Positions 12,918-25,825 of a stretch of 64,000 nucleotides of DNA are shown piece by piece (the first letter of the stretch is position 1; each line of letters starts with the position of its first letter). The notes below the pieces were generated by a model. That model was not told the DNA's origin and made no database searches. It saw only the letters and a list, made by a program, of their open reading frames with translations. This DNA comes from Leucoraja ocellata. Lineage: Eukaryota. Both the position numbers and the translations under genes were made by a program. The stretch is taken from the NCBI GenBank assembly GCA_036785375.1, contig JAWMAR010000128.1, positions 4,526,001-4,590,000 on the forward strand, written 5' to 3'.

Positions 12918-13482
12918 CAAATTCAGGGTCTTAATAATTGTCTCCACTGGTTTTGATAGCATCGTGGGACAGATTAACTCTAAACCTGGATATCTATCCA
13001 TCCTCATGGTGTGCCAACAATCCAACATCTCCACATTATAAATTCTTACTTGCCCATGAGAAGTATGCATTTATGATCTCACCATTTATGAACACCCCCT
13101 AGCAGCACATTTGTCTTGCCACTTTGGCCCATGAGGTGGTCCACTCCTACCTTCCCCACTCCTCGGCTGGTAATGTAATTGTACAATTACTTTGGATGCA
13201 CTATAACCTTACCCACCCACTTTCCACTAATATAATTGTACAAAAAAATGGGATATTCTATACCCATCTATGACAAGAATATTTCCCGGCCTATTCGTCA
13301 CCTCCCAATTGCAGAATATGCAAAGGTTCATTCAGGAAAAGCAGCGGATGCAATTCACGGAGGCAAAGATCGATAATAAATTCGGTCTGAGTAGTAACCT
13401 GAAATGTATGGGTTGCAAAGTGTTGCTTTCCTGGATTTATTTTTGTGTAAAGATCACAAACCACGGTATCAATGAGATCCAT

Positions 13483-13781
13483 GGGGTCACAGTTTAAGGA
13501 TAAGGGGGAAATCTTTTAGGACCGAGATGAGGAAAACTTTTTTCACAAAGAGAGTGGTGAATCTCTGGAATTCTCTGCCGCAGAAGGTAATTGAGGCCAG
13601 TTCATTGGCTATATTTAAGAGGGAGTTAGATGTGGCCCTTGTGGCTAAAGGGATCAGGGAGTATGGAGAGAAGGCAGGTACAGGATACTGAGTTGGATGA
13701 TCAGCCATGATCATATTGAATGGCGGTGCAGGCTCGAAGGGCCGAATGGCCTACTCCTGCACCTATTTTCTATGTTTCTAT
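13483..13781 (+). mobile_element. CR1 LINE 3' fragment
   Basis: Conserved CR1 3' end and tttctatg tail. Confidence 0.9.
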
Positions 13782-14464
13782 CCCCTTTCAAAGCGTCATA
13801 AGCCGAATTCGTTCATGCTGACCAAGAGGCTCTATCGATTATCTATGTATCTGCCCAATGTTTTTTTTTATGTTGTCATTTTACCTGCCCTCTGGAAGCT
13901 AGTATACATCATCATCTACGTGCAAACGGTTATTTCCGCAAGTTTATTTTAAATCTTAAAAAATATATATAGCCTTTAGTTCTCCATTCCTTTACCAGGG
14001 GGAAAGGATTATGCGCACCCATCCTATTTAACCCACGGACGATTATTGACATCTCCATAAATTAACTCAGCAGGCTCCTTTTCTCCAAGGAGTAAAGTCC
14101 TAGCCTTTCAATATTGTCCCCATACTTCAATGCCTCGTCTTATCAACATCTCTGTAAAGCTCTTCCGCTCTTTTTGGATCGGTAATTGCAGCTTTGCTCC
14201 AGCAGGGTGATCAAAATCTGAGTACAAATCACCGAGTGCGGCACCGCCCTATCAACCCGTGGTCACTTTCCAGAAACCATGTGCGTCTAATGTGAGAGTC
14301 ATCTGCTCTGCAACATTCCTTTGAATCTTGCGTTTACTGCGAAGGTCATGCCCTGGTTTGACTTCCAAAAAATGAAACATCTCACACTTGTCGGAATTAA
14401 ACTCCATAATTCTTGATTAACGTCATTACGATGACTCCTATTTTAGTGTCCACTACAAATCCAG

Positions 14465-15793
14465 CAGGGCCGGATTTACTATAAGCTTCACAAGCTTAAC
14501 CTTAGGGCCTCGAGATCTAGGGGGGCCTCGGCAGGGCAAGGTTGAAGCCTAGGGCCTCAAAATCTAGGGGGCCTCCGGCCAAGGTGGTTTTTTCCCCAGA
14601 GTAAAAAAAATCCGAGAAAACAAATTGGAGCGCTATCAGCGTTCACACTTTGACGGAAATTACCCGAAACAGTGGGTTCAGATCTCCATTTGCACGCCAC
14701 ATAATCGCCTGATGCATCGTGTCTATTCCAGGTAAGTAGTGGAGTATTGCTTTGCGGGAGTGCCGGTTTCTCTGGGCGGGGGGGCTGCGGCGTCTGCGGC
14801 TCGGAGTCGGAGCCTTGCTGGGTGGGAGGGAGAGAGAGGGAGGGGGGGTTGAGGGGGGAGAGAGAGATGGGGCGGGAGAGGGAGGGGGAAGGAGAATGGG
14901 GAGAAGGAAAGGGGGACTATCTTTAGTGAGATTGCAAAATTAAGATTGGTTTTAGAACAAGTTAGAGGTTAGAGGATTAGAGGTTATTTTCTCCTCCATA
15001 TGAATAATATCAAACAATTGGAACTGCGTTCTTTTCCTTGATAACAATACTGAAAAATATGAATTCCATAGTTTGCGACTTTCATTTTGCATCATATTTT
15101 AATGTGCACACACTGACACAGTCGGACAGTGACAGGCAATCAAATCAACACACAAAACATTTTCTAAAAAAAGGTTTTATTTACTGCAAAAAGTTACAGT
15201 ATTTTATTTGCAGTGTTTGCATGCTCATTTATAACATTTTACATAACATTCTACAGTACAACTTGAATTATGAAAACAAGGCCAACTTCAATTCTTGATT
15301 TTTAAAAATGTAAACATCAATGACGCCAATCATCCCATTCCAACTACTCATTACTCTTAATCTGGACCTCGGACGCAAGTGTCTATCAACTTCGCGCTTG
15401 TGATATGCGCTGCGTGCTTACTTATTTCACATAAAACATTTGTAATTCTGCCATGCCACCCCACTTTTTGAAAAGCTTCGTGCGAGCCTGGTATATAATA
15501 TTTTTGACACTGTCATATGCCTTTCTTGCATATGCTGTCACAACGCATTGTAGTCTCAAAACAACACTACAGTAATTTTACTTGCCCTCCATTTCAGAAT
15601 AATAGTATTTTAAGCTGATAACTCGACACTACCACTGGCAATAAATAAAGCCCTTATCTCATTGGCCACGCTCGGCTGCACATCGGTGTCAATCTGGTGG
15701 ACTCTTCCATCTTCCTCTCGTGGTGAGGGTGGGGATTGGGAGGGGCCTCACAAGTGGAATAGTCTAGGGCTTCTTCATCTAAATCCGGACCAG
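14465..15793. mobile_element. Non-autonomous hAT-type DNA transposon
   Basis: 14-bp TIRs cagggccggattta / taaatccggaccag (2 mismatches). Flanks aaatccag / aaagctag fit a decayed 8-bp TSD. Subterminal tagggcctc repeats. The paralogous site near 21592-21604 lacks it. Confidence 0.75.
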
Positions 15794-16772
15794 AAAGCTA
15801 GTCATTTTCCTTGCAAATTCTCATCCAAATGATTGATGTAGATGACAAACTGCAGTGGGGCAGCACCAACTCCCAGATCTACGCTAGTTAGAGGATTCCA
15901 ATCCGAAAAAAATATCTTCCGCCATCAACGCCCCCACCTCCTTCCGTTAATTGTGTGGCCCGTTAACCTGGGTCTCTTTAGTTCCCATGCAGTTTATCGC
16001 ATCAGAACATCCTATGAGGCAGAAACGTATCAAAGGCATTGCTGGCGCAAACGCTCGTGTCTCCCATTATACCTCTCCCTTTGCCCTCTCCGCTTTCCTT
16101 TCCACTTATATTCCCCCTGAATTTTCCTTGCACTAATTTCCTCTACTTATCTGGTACCATTTTTAATTCTTTCCACTTGGATCCTTTCCCACCAATCTGT
16201 CGACCTGTTTCTAATTCATGTCAAAAGGTAATTCATCTACCTTAACCAGGGCTGTTGCAACTTATTTTAAAATACTTTCACAGTGTCTTTGGATATATCA
16301 GCTCAGTCGCCGGAGATTTATCAACCTTTATAATACTACAGAGCGAAGGCGAAATTGTAAGAATGCAAAATCGTTCTTTTCATCTCCTCTCGGGATCAAT
16401 TATTTTGGGTCGCTGGGCAATCTTACTCTGGTGAAGTAAAGGTGAAGTTTCCCCTGTCGTTAGTACAGCGTGGTGGGTACAAAAACGTTTGAAGCGGAAA
16501 CAAGCAGATGTTAACGAATTCATATATATCATAGAACAGAACGCAGGCACTGAATTTATCTTAATTCCTGCAACAAACAATGTTTCTTCATGTAATAAAA
16601 TCTGAATTTAATTGCACAGAACAGGAAACTCACTCTGGTGGGAACCGCTATTAACGGATGAATGGATTAGGTCATTTTGGAGCAAACGACCCACAGAGCA
16701 TCAGGAAGACAGGTGAATTGTCGATACAATCTGTAAAACAACGAAGCTGATCGGGGAAAAAGGTTTCCAAAG

Positions 16773-17273
16773 ATAGAAACATAGACACATAGAAATTAGG
16801 TGCAGGAGTAGGCCATTCAGCCCTTCGAGCCTGCACCGCCATTCAATATGATCATGGCTGATCATCCAACTCAGTATCCCGTACCTACCTTCTCTCCATA
16901 CCCCCTGATCCCCTTAGCCACAAGGGCCACATCTAACTCCCTCTTAAATATAGCCAATGAACTGGCCTCAACTACCTTCTGCGGCAGAGAATTCCAGAGA
17001 TTCACCACTCTCTGTGTGAAAAATGTTTTTCTCATCTCGGTCCTAAAAGGCTTCCCCCTTATCCTTAAACTGTGACCCCTTGTTCTGGATTTCCCCAACA
17101 TCGGGAACAATCTTCCTGCATCTAGCCTGTCCAACCCCTTGAGAATTTTGTAAGTTTCGATAAGATCCCCCTCAATCTTCTAAATTCTAGCGGAGTACAA
17201 GCCGAGTCTATCCAGTCTTTCTTCATATAAAACTCCTGACATCCCAGGAATCAGTCTGTGAACCTTCTCTGTG
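16773..17273 (-). mobile_element. CR1 LINE 3' fragment
   Basis: ORF 16871-17134 is the ORF2 C-terminus; tail at the left end. Confidence 0.9.
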
Positions 17274-17345
17274 CTCCATGGCAACGTGGAGCAAAGTGCG
17301 CGTGGAGCAAAGTGAGCTGGAAATATGCAAATAATCCCCACATTC

Positions 17346-18204
17346 TTAATGCCTCATCAATTTAATGGCCAACTTTAGTGGATATTTCAACCCATTTTTA
17401 ATTTCCTCTCTGAACTTACTTTGGGTTACCGCATAAATACACGTATTGGTACAACAACTGAGGAGCCCTAACATGAACCCAGTTTCCTGAAGTCCATAAT
17501 CCAGCACATATTTGACATTTACAACATAAGTTGACCATAACACGATAAAGGTGCCCCGACACGGCGAACAGTAAAATGATGGACTTTCGTCTATTCTCCA
17601 CCTCTGGATCACTTTGGTTGTCACCAATAGTCTGTGTTCGGAGTCTTTTTCGGGCTCTATTGGCCGCCAGAATATGTCTCACGGTCAAAACGTTAAGAAG
17701 GAACAGCAAGACGAAGGGGGCACAAGGGTTAAAAATCCGCTGAAACCCGATCCAGTAGAAATCAGAGTAAAAGTTTAATTTAATAGTGCAAAACCACGGG
17801 ACATCTTTGATTATATATAGGGCTCGTAAGCAAAGTACCAGGGTATGTTTTTAACGCAGCTGATAGAACAGATCGTTCCTATAGTCACGGCTGCCGTTCT
17901 CTCCGTGCAATATTTTGTCTTTAGCTTCTGGCAACAAATGGCGACAAATCTATTGAAGGTGAAGGCGACCGTTAACCAGACGGAGCTGTCCGTGGCTGCG
18001 TAGGTTAGAGCAAGTTTCAACCTGCAAACCGGAGTGGTGGAGAGGAAGAGAACGGGGAAATAAATGGTGCTAATCCGGTTCAGTATTACCGCCGTAATAA
18101 GAGAACGAGAAGGTCTGTCACCGCCATGCCCATCAGATACCAAGTGATACATTTAGAAAGCCCGCATCTTCCGCGCGACAGGATCACAATGGTCACCATG
18201 TTAC
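17346..18204 (-). pseudogene. GPR139-like GPCR copy C, exon 2, with three frameshifts
   Basis: Full TM1-helix 8 homology is split over three frames: +2 (ga) near 18101, -1 near 17820, +1 G near 17555. Stop at 17346. The indels could be sequencing errors. Confidence 0.75.
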
Positions 18205-21200
18205 CTAATAAGGATAAAGGTAAATTATTAGCAAGTAGACCGCACATGAAGTTCATAGATTTCACGCTATTCATTCGTGCAATCGAGACAGAAAACATAA
18301 GGATGGAGGACACATGGTTTGATTGATAAAACAGGGAGAATCAGAAAGAATGCATCGTTCAGGGGGAGCGTAACAGGGGAACGATGTGCAAAGAGAGACA
18401 GTTATAAAAGAATTGTAACTAACATGAAAGGCTAACCAGAATCCGGCCCTGGGTTTCCTTATAATAACTCACTAATATACATGTGGAAAGGACCTAGCTG
18501 GATCTAGTGCTTAATGAAATGTGCGAAGAGAGCGATGCTGCCAGATATTATATTATAGCGCACTTACCGCACAAGTAATAATTGAAAAGGATGTACTAAT
18601 GACGAGGCAACGGATCGAGATTACACATATCATACGTTGATTAGAAAGGACTGTTGCATATTACAGAATATATCTTCTGATTCTTTGATACGCGGGATGG
18701 ATTTGTTGGATACGGGATTTAAACGGCTGTAAAAGGGCAACACTTACATTCCTGCAGAAGTATGCACAACAAAGTAGATACAGCAAGATAGATCGTCATT
18801 AGCGATACATTTTGAATTGATATCCAGAGAAAAATAACAGCTGGAATATTTGGATTAATATAAAACACTCCAGCATTCCGCTGAAGGAATGTTCGTCAAG
18901 CATGTTGATGAAATATTGCAGAGGGTTGTTGAGGGGAAACGAGTAGACAGTTTTAACACTGAATGTCTTGCTATCAAATTATCATGGACAACATGAATAT
19001 GAAACTGACTTTGGGACAGAAAAACCTGTCCTATTCCACAGATTATTTCTGCACGGAGGGATCGGTAAGCAGGGACATTCGCAATGGATCGTAATTTGGA
19101 CCGCTGCTTTGTTTCAATATTTGCATTGATTAGTCTTGGATTTGCACTGTAAGTTTGAAGGTTGTTATGAAATTAGATCTGAGAAGCGCAGTAAATATTG
19201 ATTCTTGATGTGACGAGGACGGTGATCGCCCAGTAGAATGAACAGATATGACGGCAGATGAAATGTAATGCACAGAAATGTGGCGAAATACAGGAACGAA
19301 AGAAACAACATGGACAATTGTTCAACGCCAGAGAATGCGAAGGGGAGAAATATTCATAGGTTTCATGAAGACTAGAGTGAAGGGGGGGAATAAAAACTGA
19401 AAATTCTGGAACCTCTTAGAAGATTGTAGAAAGATAAATAATTAACTCTTCAGGTTCCGGGACCGTTTTTTTCCCCAGAGCCTTCATGTCATTATCTTAT
19501 GATGATATTGCTATTACTCAGAAACGTTGTTTCTCAATGTAACCGCGGCGATATAGAATACGGTAGGATTCCATTTGGCCGAACATTCTATTTGGAAAAT
19601 TGCTATGACAAGATGGCAAATATTACCGTCAAATGAATTCTTGTGGAAACAAACCTTTTTAATTTATATTCATGGAAACAGATTTGAACTGAAATAAGTT
19701 AAAAGAATAGGTCGATCCGAATCAATGAATGGTTGGCCGATCTCTGCAGGAAAAAAAGAGCATGGCATTCTTTAGATAAGATTAGATTAGATTAGATTCC
19801 TTTATTTGTCAATGAAAATACCAACAAGGCATCGAAACAGTTGAACTGATTTATAATGCACGTTTATTATAATTACTTACCCGGGACGCCAATTATTGCC
19901 ATAGCAGGGTAGGTAACTGCGTAGAATAAGCCCGTTACACGTACATGCATTTTATAGGAGGCACAATGGGGTCTTCTGGAAAGGCAGAGAGCACTTTGTC
20001 CGTGATCTTCAAGGATACCTTTAAATAATTGTTCAATTCCCAGTGAGGCAATTAAACCGCACTGTTGCCAATGTAACATCACCGCTGATCGTAATTGCAC
20101 GCTTGGAAGAGAATTAATCTTTTGACTTTTAATTGGGTTAAATTTAACATGCAGTCATTTAAAAAATATTTTTTTTTTCGAAAAAATATTTTTGCGAAAC
20201 GCCACACAAACTGGAAATGAAATAGACAAATTCATAGGATACAATAAGGTCCAGTCCACAGTTAATCTGAACCTTCGAGTCGTTAATGTTTTTTTAAAAC
20301 AGGTTTTGATGCGCCACAATTATTTATTAATTCTAAGTGACTAGTTAAGCAACTTTGTTTGTTTCATTAATATTCTACTGGCGCGTGTGGTAATTCATTT
20401 CAACGCCTATATTGTAGACTATTAATATTGTCAAGTATGAATAACTATAGCGTATTATACGCTTTGCATTCTAAATTATACATGATTTTGATATCGAAAA
20501 CGGTACTGGCGCATCCTATACTTCCAGTTAATGTTTATTTCAAATAACTTAAAAGGCACAATTTCATCTCCAACTGAATTAAATGTGAAGACAGTGTGTT
20601 CTAATTACGTTCAACGTAAGGTAGAAATCCATTAATCCTTGATATTCCCTTGATATTCCTTGTACTCAAAAGCCGAGTTTAATTTCGACAGAATATGCTT
20701 GTTCAGCAAAGGTTTATTCAATAAAAGCAGCAGGTACAATTGGCGGATGCAAAACGCGATAATATATTCTGTCTTGTGTTGGTACCTGGAATGTGCGGGT
20801 TGTAACGTATTTCTTTTCAGCAAAATAAATTTATTGAAAGATCACAAAAGATTATTCATAGCATCATACAGCCGGTCTCGTCCATGCTGACCAAGATAAC
20901 ATATGGATGCTTGGCCCAATTCTCCCCCCATTTAGCAAATATAATCTAAATCCATCAACCTGTAAAGTTATCAATTATCCTGTCGAAATGTGTGTTTTGT
21001 TTTAATGTTTTCATTTTTCCTGCCCTCTGGAAGCAGATACCCACTACCATCTGTGTGAAAAACGTTATCCTCCGCAGGATAATTAAACATACCCTATAGT
21101 TCTTCACTCCTTTACCCCGAGCGCACTTGACCTATCTATTCTAACGATGATTTTCTACTTCTCCATAAATTAACTGCACAGACTCCCTGTCCCCAAGAGT

Positions 21201-21604
21201 AAAATCCTGGCCTTTCAATATTGTGCCCCTCAAAACCTGGCAATCCCTGTAAAGTTGTTCCACAGTCATTCCATCGTTAACTGCAGCATTGCGATAGCAG
21301 GGTGACCAAAATCTGAGCAGGTCACCAAGTGCGGCACGACTCTATCTGCCCGTGACGCCACTATCCGGGAACTATGTGCTTCTAGTGTGAGATTCCTCTA
21401 CTCTGTAACATTCGTTATGGTCTTAGGTTTATTGTGAAGGTTGTTAGTGACTCTGGTTTGACGTCCAAAAAATGCAACATCTCAGAATTGTCTGAATTAA
21501 ACTACATTTTCCATTTCCCGGGCATCTTGCGCTGCTCATTATGTCCCTTCATAAATATCATCACGATGCCTCCTATTTTAGTGTCTTCTACAAATATAAT
21601 AATT
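17872..21604 (+). repeat. Segmental duplication, copy 2 (paralog of 1-3762)
   Basis: Collinear near-identity; the left limit is set by the window edge. Confidence 0.95.
19881..19950 (-). pseudogene. GPR139-like GPCR copy C, exon 1 (MHVRVTGLFYAVTYPAMAIIGVP-G)
   Basis: ATG 19950 and donor G|GTAAGT; paralog of 2039-2108. Confidence 0.8.
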
Positions 21605-21903
21605 TGCCTTGCATATTCTCATCGAATTGATTGATATGGAGAACAAACTGCAGTGGGGCCAGCAGCAAAACCCGGAACGACATTAGTTACAGGCTTCCTT
21701 CCGGTCCGAAAAATCATCTTGCCATCATCCTCCCCTCTTACCGTTTAGCCAATTGTGCGCCCATTAGCTAGCTCTCCTTGGTCCCCATGCAATCTAACGT
21801 ATCAGAGCATCATATCACGCAGAAAAGTATCAATGGCCTAGCTTAGTTCAAATGCCCGTTTCCCCCGTTATACCTCTCCCTTCCCCTTCCCCGCGTTCCC
21901 CTC

Positions 21904-22336
21904 CATAGAACATAGAAACATAGAAAATAGGTGCAGGAGGAGTCCATTCGGTCCTTCGAGCCAGCACCGCCATTCATTGCGACCATGGCTGATCGTCCCC
22001 AATCAATAACCCGTGCCTGCCTTCTCCCCATATCCATTGACTCCACTAGCCCCTAGATCTCTATCTAACTCTCTCTTAAATCCATCCAGTGATTTGGTCT
22101 CCACTGCCCTCTGTGGCAGGGAATTCCACACATTCACAAGTCTCTGGGTGAAAACGGTGTTTCTCACCTCAGTCTTAAATGGCCTCCCCTTTGTTCTTAG
22201 ACTGTGGCCCCTGGTTCTGAAATCACCCAACATTGGGAAGTTTCTACCTGTATCTAGCTTGTCCAGTCCTTTTATATATTTTTTATGTTTCTATTAGATT
22301 CCCCTTCATCCTTCTAAACGCCAGTGAATACAAGCC
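21904..22336 (-). mobile_element. CR1 LINE 3' fragment (second subfamily)
   Basis: ORF 22003-22233 is the ORF2 end; catagaaa tail. Confidence 0.9.
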
Positions 22337-22778
22337 ACTTATATACCCTCCTTCTGTCTTTACCTGTCAATCTTTCCCTCTACTTTTCTGACACCCTTTT
22401 TTCGTCTTTCCATTTTGACCTTTGTCCACACATCAGCTAATCAGGTTAGAGCAAGCACACCCGAACTCACCCGTATCGACCAATCACTTGTCGGGCTTTG
22501 TGCCGACGACATCTCTTTCCCAGATTTATCCCCTCCATTACAATAAGTGGGAGGACAGGGCCCCACCGCAAGCGGCGTCTATGCATGACCTTCAGAAATA
22601 CTTCTTGAACCGATATGTCATGCAGCACTTTGTGTTTTACTCAAGGTTCCAGCATCTACAGTTCGTGGTATATAATTACAGACTACCTCTATGGCTCTTC
22701 TACGTTCCCGGTTACTTTTCCATAACGCAACCAGTAACGTTAGGCACATCTCACACGCATAAACCCATGTAGACGACC

Positions 22779-22978
22779 NNNNNNNNNNNNNNNNNNNNNN
22801 NNNNNNNNNNNNNNNNNNNNNNNNNNNNNNNNNNNNNNNNNNNNNNNNNNNNNNNNNNNNNNNNNNNNNNNNNNNNNNNNNNNNNNNNNNNNNNNNNNNN
22901 NNNNNNNNNNNNNNNNNNNNNNNNNNNNNNNNNNNNNNNNNNNNNNNNNNNNNNNNNNNNNNNNNNNNNNNNNNNNNN
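22779..22978. other. Assembly gap (exactly 200 N, probably unsized)
   Basis: N run of round length. Confidence 1.
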
Positions 22979-23146
22979 GTCTACTCCGCCATTGATGGTT
23001 GATCTATCTCTCCCCTCCTAACCCATTCTCCTGCCCTCTCTCCATAATCTCTGATACACGTACAAATCAAAAAACGGTTGAAATTGAGCTTCTTGCCTAA
23101 TATCTGATTCGCCACCAATAAACCATTGTCTCAATGTCATTGCCAG

Positions 23147-23448
23147 ACCTCGCAATACTTCTCAGAGATCCCACCGTCGAAGAAATTTGGATCAACAAAA
23201 CTGCGACCGTGGTCTGTGAAGTGATCGCCACAGCTCCGACTGAAGTTGCGATCTCTTGGACAGTGGATGGAAAGGAAAGAGTTGCTGGGGTTCAAACCGA
23301 TCCATCTACCAAGGCCGGGAACCAGTACCTGACGATCGGCCGCTTGACCAGCAACTCTCAGAATGGGACAGCGGAGTGGAGTACTCGTGCTCGGCGCAGG
23401 ACCATCAATCAGCTACTCCGGTATCACAGCGGACACGAAAGGCTAAAG
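23147..23448 (+). CDS. IgNAR: Ig heavy-chain constant exon, IgNAR C2-like, with a 1-nt frameshift near 23353
   Basis: ccag|AC...AAG|GTGCGT. DLAILLRDPTVEEIWINKTATVVCEV...SWTVDG...GNQYLTIGRLTS, then the shifted frame gives LSEWDSGVEYSCSAQ...RTRKAK. Length 302 nt instead of 303. Matches recalled shark IgNAR C2; IgW has homologous domains. Confidence 0.85.
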
Positions 23449-23637
23449 GTGCGTGCAATAACAACAATGAAAATGCAAAACGGTGTACATACTGAACTAG
23501 CAAGAAAAGTAATGCAAGTCAGTTTACAGAAGTAAACATGCATGAAGATGAGTGTGGTGGGGGGGGGGGGGGTAAAAACTGACAAAGAGGTCAGGGCGAA
23601 AGTGGGAAGTTATCAATCGATTCGGCTATAATTTGTT

Positions 23638-23912
23638 TTAAGAAGGAACTGCAAATGCTGGGAAAATCGAAGGTACACAAATATGCTGGAGAAACTCAGC
23701 GGGTGAAGCAGCATCTATGGAGCGAAGGAAATAGGCAACGTTTCCCGGAAATTGGAGGAACAGCACCTCATATTCCGCTTGGGGAGTCTGCATCCTGGGG
23801 GCATGAACATTGAATTCTCCCAATTTTGTTAGCCCTTGCTGTCTCCTCCCCTTCCTATATCTCCCTCAGCCCTCGGGCTCCTCCTCCTCCTTTTTCCTTT
23901 CTTCTCCCCGCA
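23638..23912 (+). mobile_element. Penelope-like fragment (inverted pseudo-LTR plus end of GIY-YIG domain) in the C2-C3 intron
   Basis: KLEEQHLIFRLGSLHPGGMNIEFSQFC matches the 52633-52920 element. Confidence 0.8.
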
Positions 23913-24446
23913 ACATCCGGTTTCATCTGCGCTCTCTCCCGCGCTGTGATATCCGTCCTACTGCGTGGCGCCATCTATATGCCAAGCGTCGCCTAACATG
24001 TACCTAACATGTATTTTGGAAAGTTGTTATGTAACTTTCCAACTTGTATGCCCTAACCGATGAAAACAGCTAAGCCACACTCCACTGCCCTGTCTATCCG
24101 AGTCGCTACTTTCGAGAAACTATGAACTTTAACGTTAAAGTCTTTCACTTCATCAACATTCCTCAATGACATCACCTACCGGATATGTCCCCCAACGCTA
24201 TTATTGCCGAAAAATGCATCTTGTCGCATTAGTCGGGGTTGAACTCCATCTATTAATTATCTACCTACTTTTACTCTGATATGTTCCTTGTGTAGCCATT
24301 CCTGTGTGAACCTTCCTGGCTCCCTAAAATATATAGAGCGTCATTTCATCACAGCTGTCGGGAGTCAAGAGTGGTTTATTGTCATGTGTCCCGGAACGGA
24401 AAAATCAATTATTGGAAAAATAATTCTGTTTTACTTTGCCTTCTAG

Positions 24447-24764
24447 CCAAACCAGTGCAACCAACTATCCGTCTCTTGCCGCCATCTCTAGAGGAGATTC
24501 AAAGTGCGAACACCGCGACACTGACATGTTTGATCACAGAATTCTATCCAAACGATATCACCGTTTCCTGGGAGAAAGACGAAGCCGCTTTCCGCCCTAA
24601 CGCTACCAACTTCCCCGCGGCGCTGGAGCAGGACATGACGTTCAGCGCAAAGAGCCTTCTCTTTTTGACAGCAGCCGATTGGAAGAAAGGAGGAACATAC
24701 TCCTGTGTAGCCTCGCACCTCCCTTCACAGTCCACCCTGAAGCGGAGCATCCGGATCCAGAAAG
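24447..24764 (+). CDS. IgNAR: Ig heavy-chain constant exon, IgNAR C3-like
   Basis: ttctag|CC...AAA G|GTAAGG, 318 nt, phase 1/1. C1-set motifs TLTCLI, FYP, VSW, YSC; NATNFPAALEQDMTFSAKSLL. Confidence 0.92.
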
Positions 24765-25504
24765 GTAAGGACAAAATGCCAAAATACCCACAGCCAATAT
24801 GCGCACTTCATCGGGAGTCAACAGTTAATTCCACCAAAGGTCTCCAATGATCAGATCTAGAGTACTGGGAGACCAGGTTGGTCGGTTTGTTTAAAGTACG
24901 GGAGGAGTAATTGGGCCTCTCTGAAGGTCCGGTATAATAATATCAACCGAAATACCGCATATATTATCGGATATCTGCTTCATACGGAGAGACCAATTGC
25001 ATGAGACGTTTTGAAGTGCCCCACGAGCGATAGGGTGTAACGTGAACATTATATATCGGTCGTAATTCAGGGATAACGGCCTTCGGTTAAGGAGGTTGTA
25101 AAATTAAATTGGGGAATGAAAGAGAGAAACGATTTCGTTCTTTTGTGTGAACCATTTTATGACCGGCCGCGTTCAGGTCGATGGTAAATGCTATAAATCT
25201 TCAGACACACGAGAGGGTGAATGCTTGCATCCCCGGAACGCGAGAAATCGGTTCTAGTTAAAGTCAGGTCGTGTAATTCTTGCACTGCGGTATAAGTGAA
25301 TGGGAATATTACGAAGGAGATCAACCAAAGAAGACAGGAACCAAGGCACGAAAGCGGGAGGAGCCTTCTTAGCTAAACAGAAACCAATGGAGAATATGCA
25401 GTAAGTAGAATTAATAGTTACACTTATCCCGGTTACAGTTGTTACTATCCGCAGCTTCAACATTTGGGACGGAAAATAACCACTCCCGTTTATTTTCCTG
25501 CCAG

Positions 25505-25825
25505 GAGACTGCGATGTGGTTGACATCAATGCTGCCATACACACACCTTCCTTTGGGGAGATCTGGACGCTTCAGAAAGCAACTATTGTTTGTGAAGTCG
25601 TTTACACCGATTTGCAGGACGTCAAGGTCTCGTGGCGTGTGAATGGGAGTCTGAGAATGGAAGGGGTACAGACTCGGGATCCCGAGTGGAGGGGAAGTAA
25701 ATCTGTCGTCGTCAGCAAGCTGAGGGTTAGCGCCGAAGAGTGGGAGAGTGGGGTTGAATACCTGTGCTTCGTAGAAGACAGTAATCTGCCAACACCAGTG
25801 AAAGTCTCCACGACAAGAACCAGGG
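25505..25825 (+). CDS. IgNAR: Ig heavy-chain constant exon, IgNAR C4-like
   Basis: tgccag|GA...AGG G|GTAAGC, 321 nt. N-terminal extra Cys (GDC, the inter-chain disulfide position in IgNAR); EIWTLQKATIVCEV, PEWRGSKS, YLCFVEDSNLPTPVK. Confidence 0.92.

Noticed and set aside
16848-17075. Recurrent ORFs 'MIMADHPTQYPVPAFSPY...' throughout the window
   Set aside because: Antisense readings of the CR1 3' end, not a gene family.
23449-23535. Read-through extension of the C2 ORF as a novel C-terminus
   Set aside because: Produced by the frameshift running past a good splice donor into the intron.
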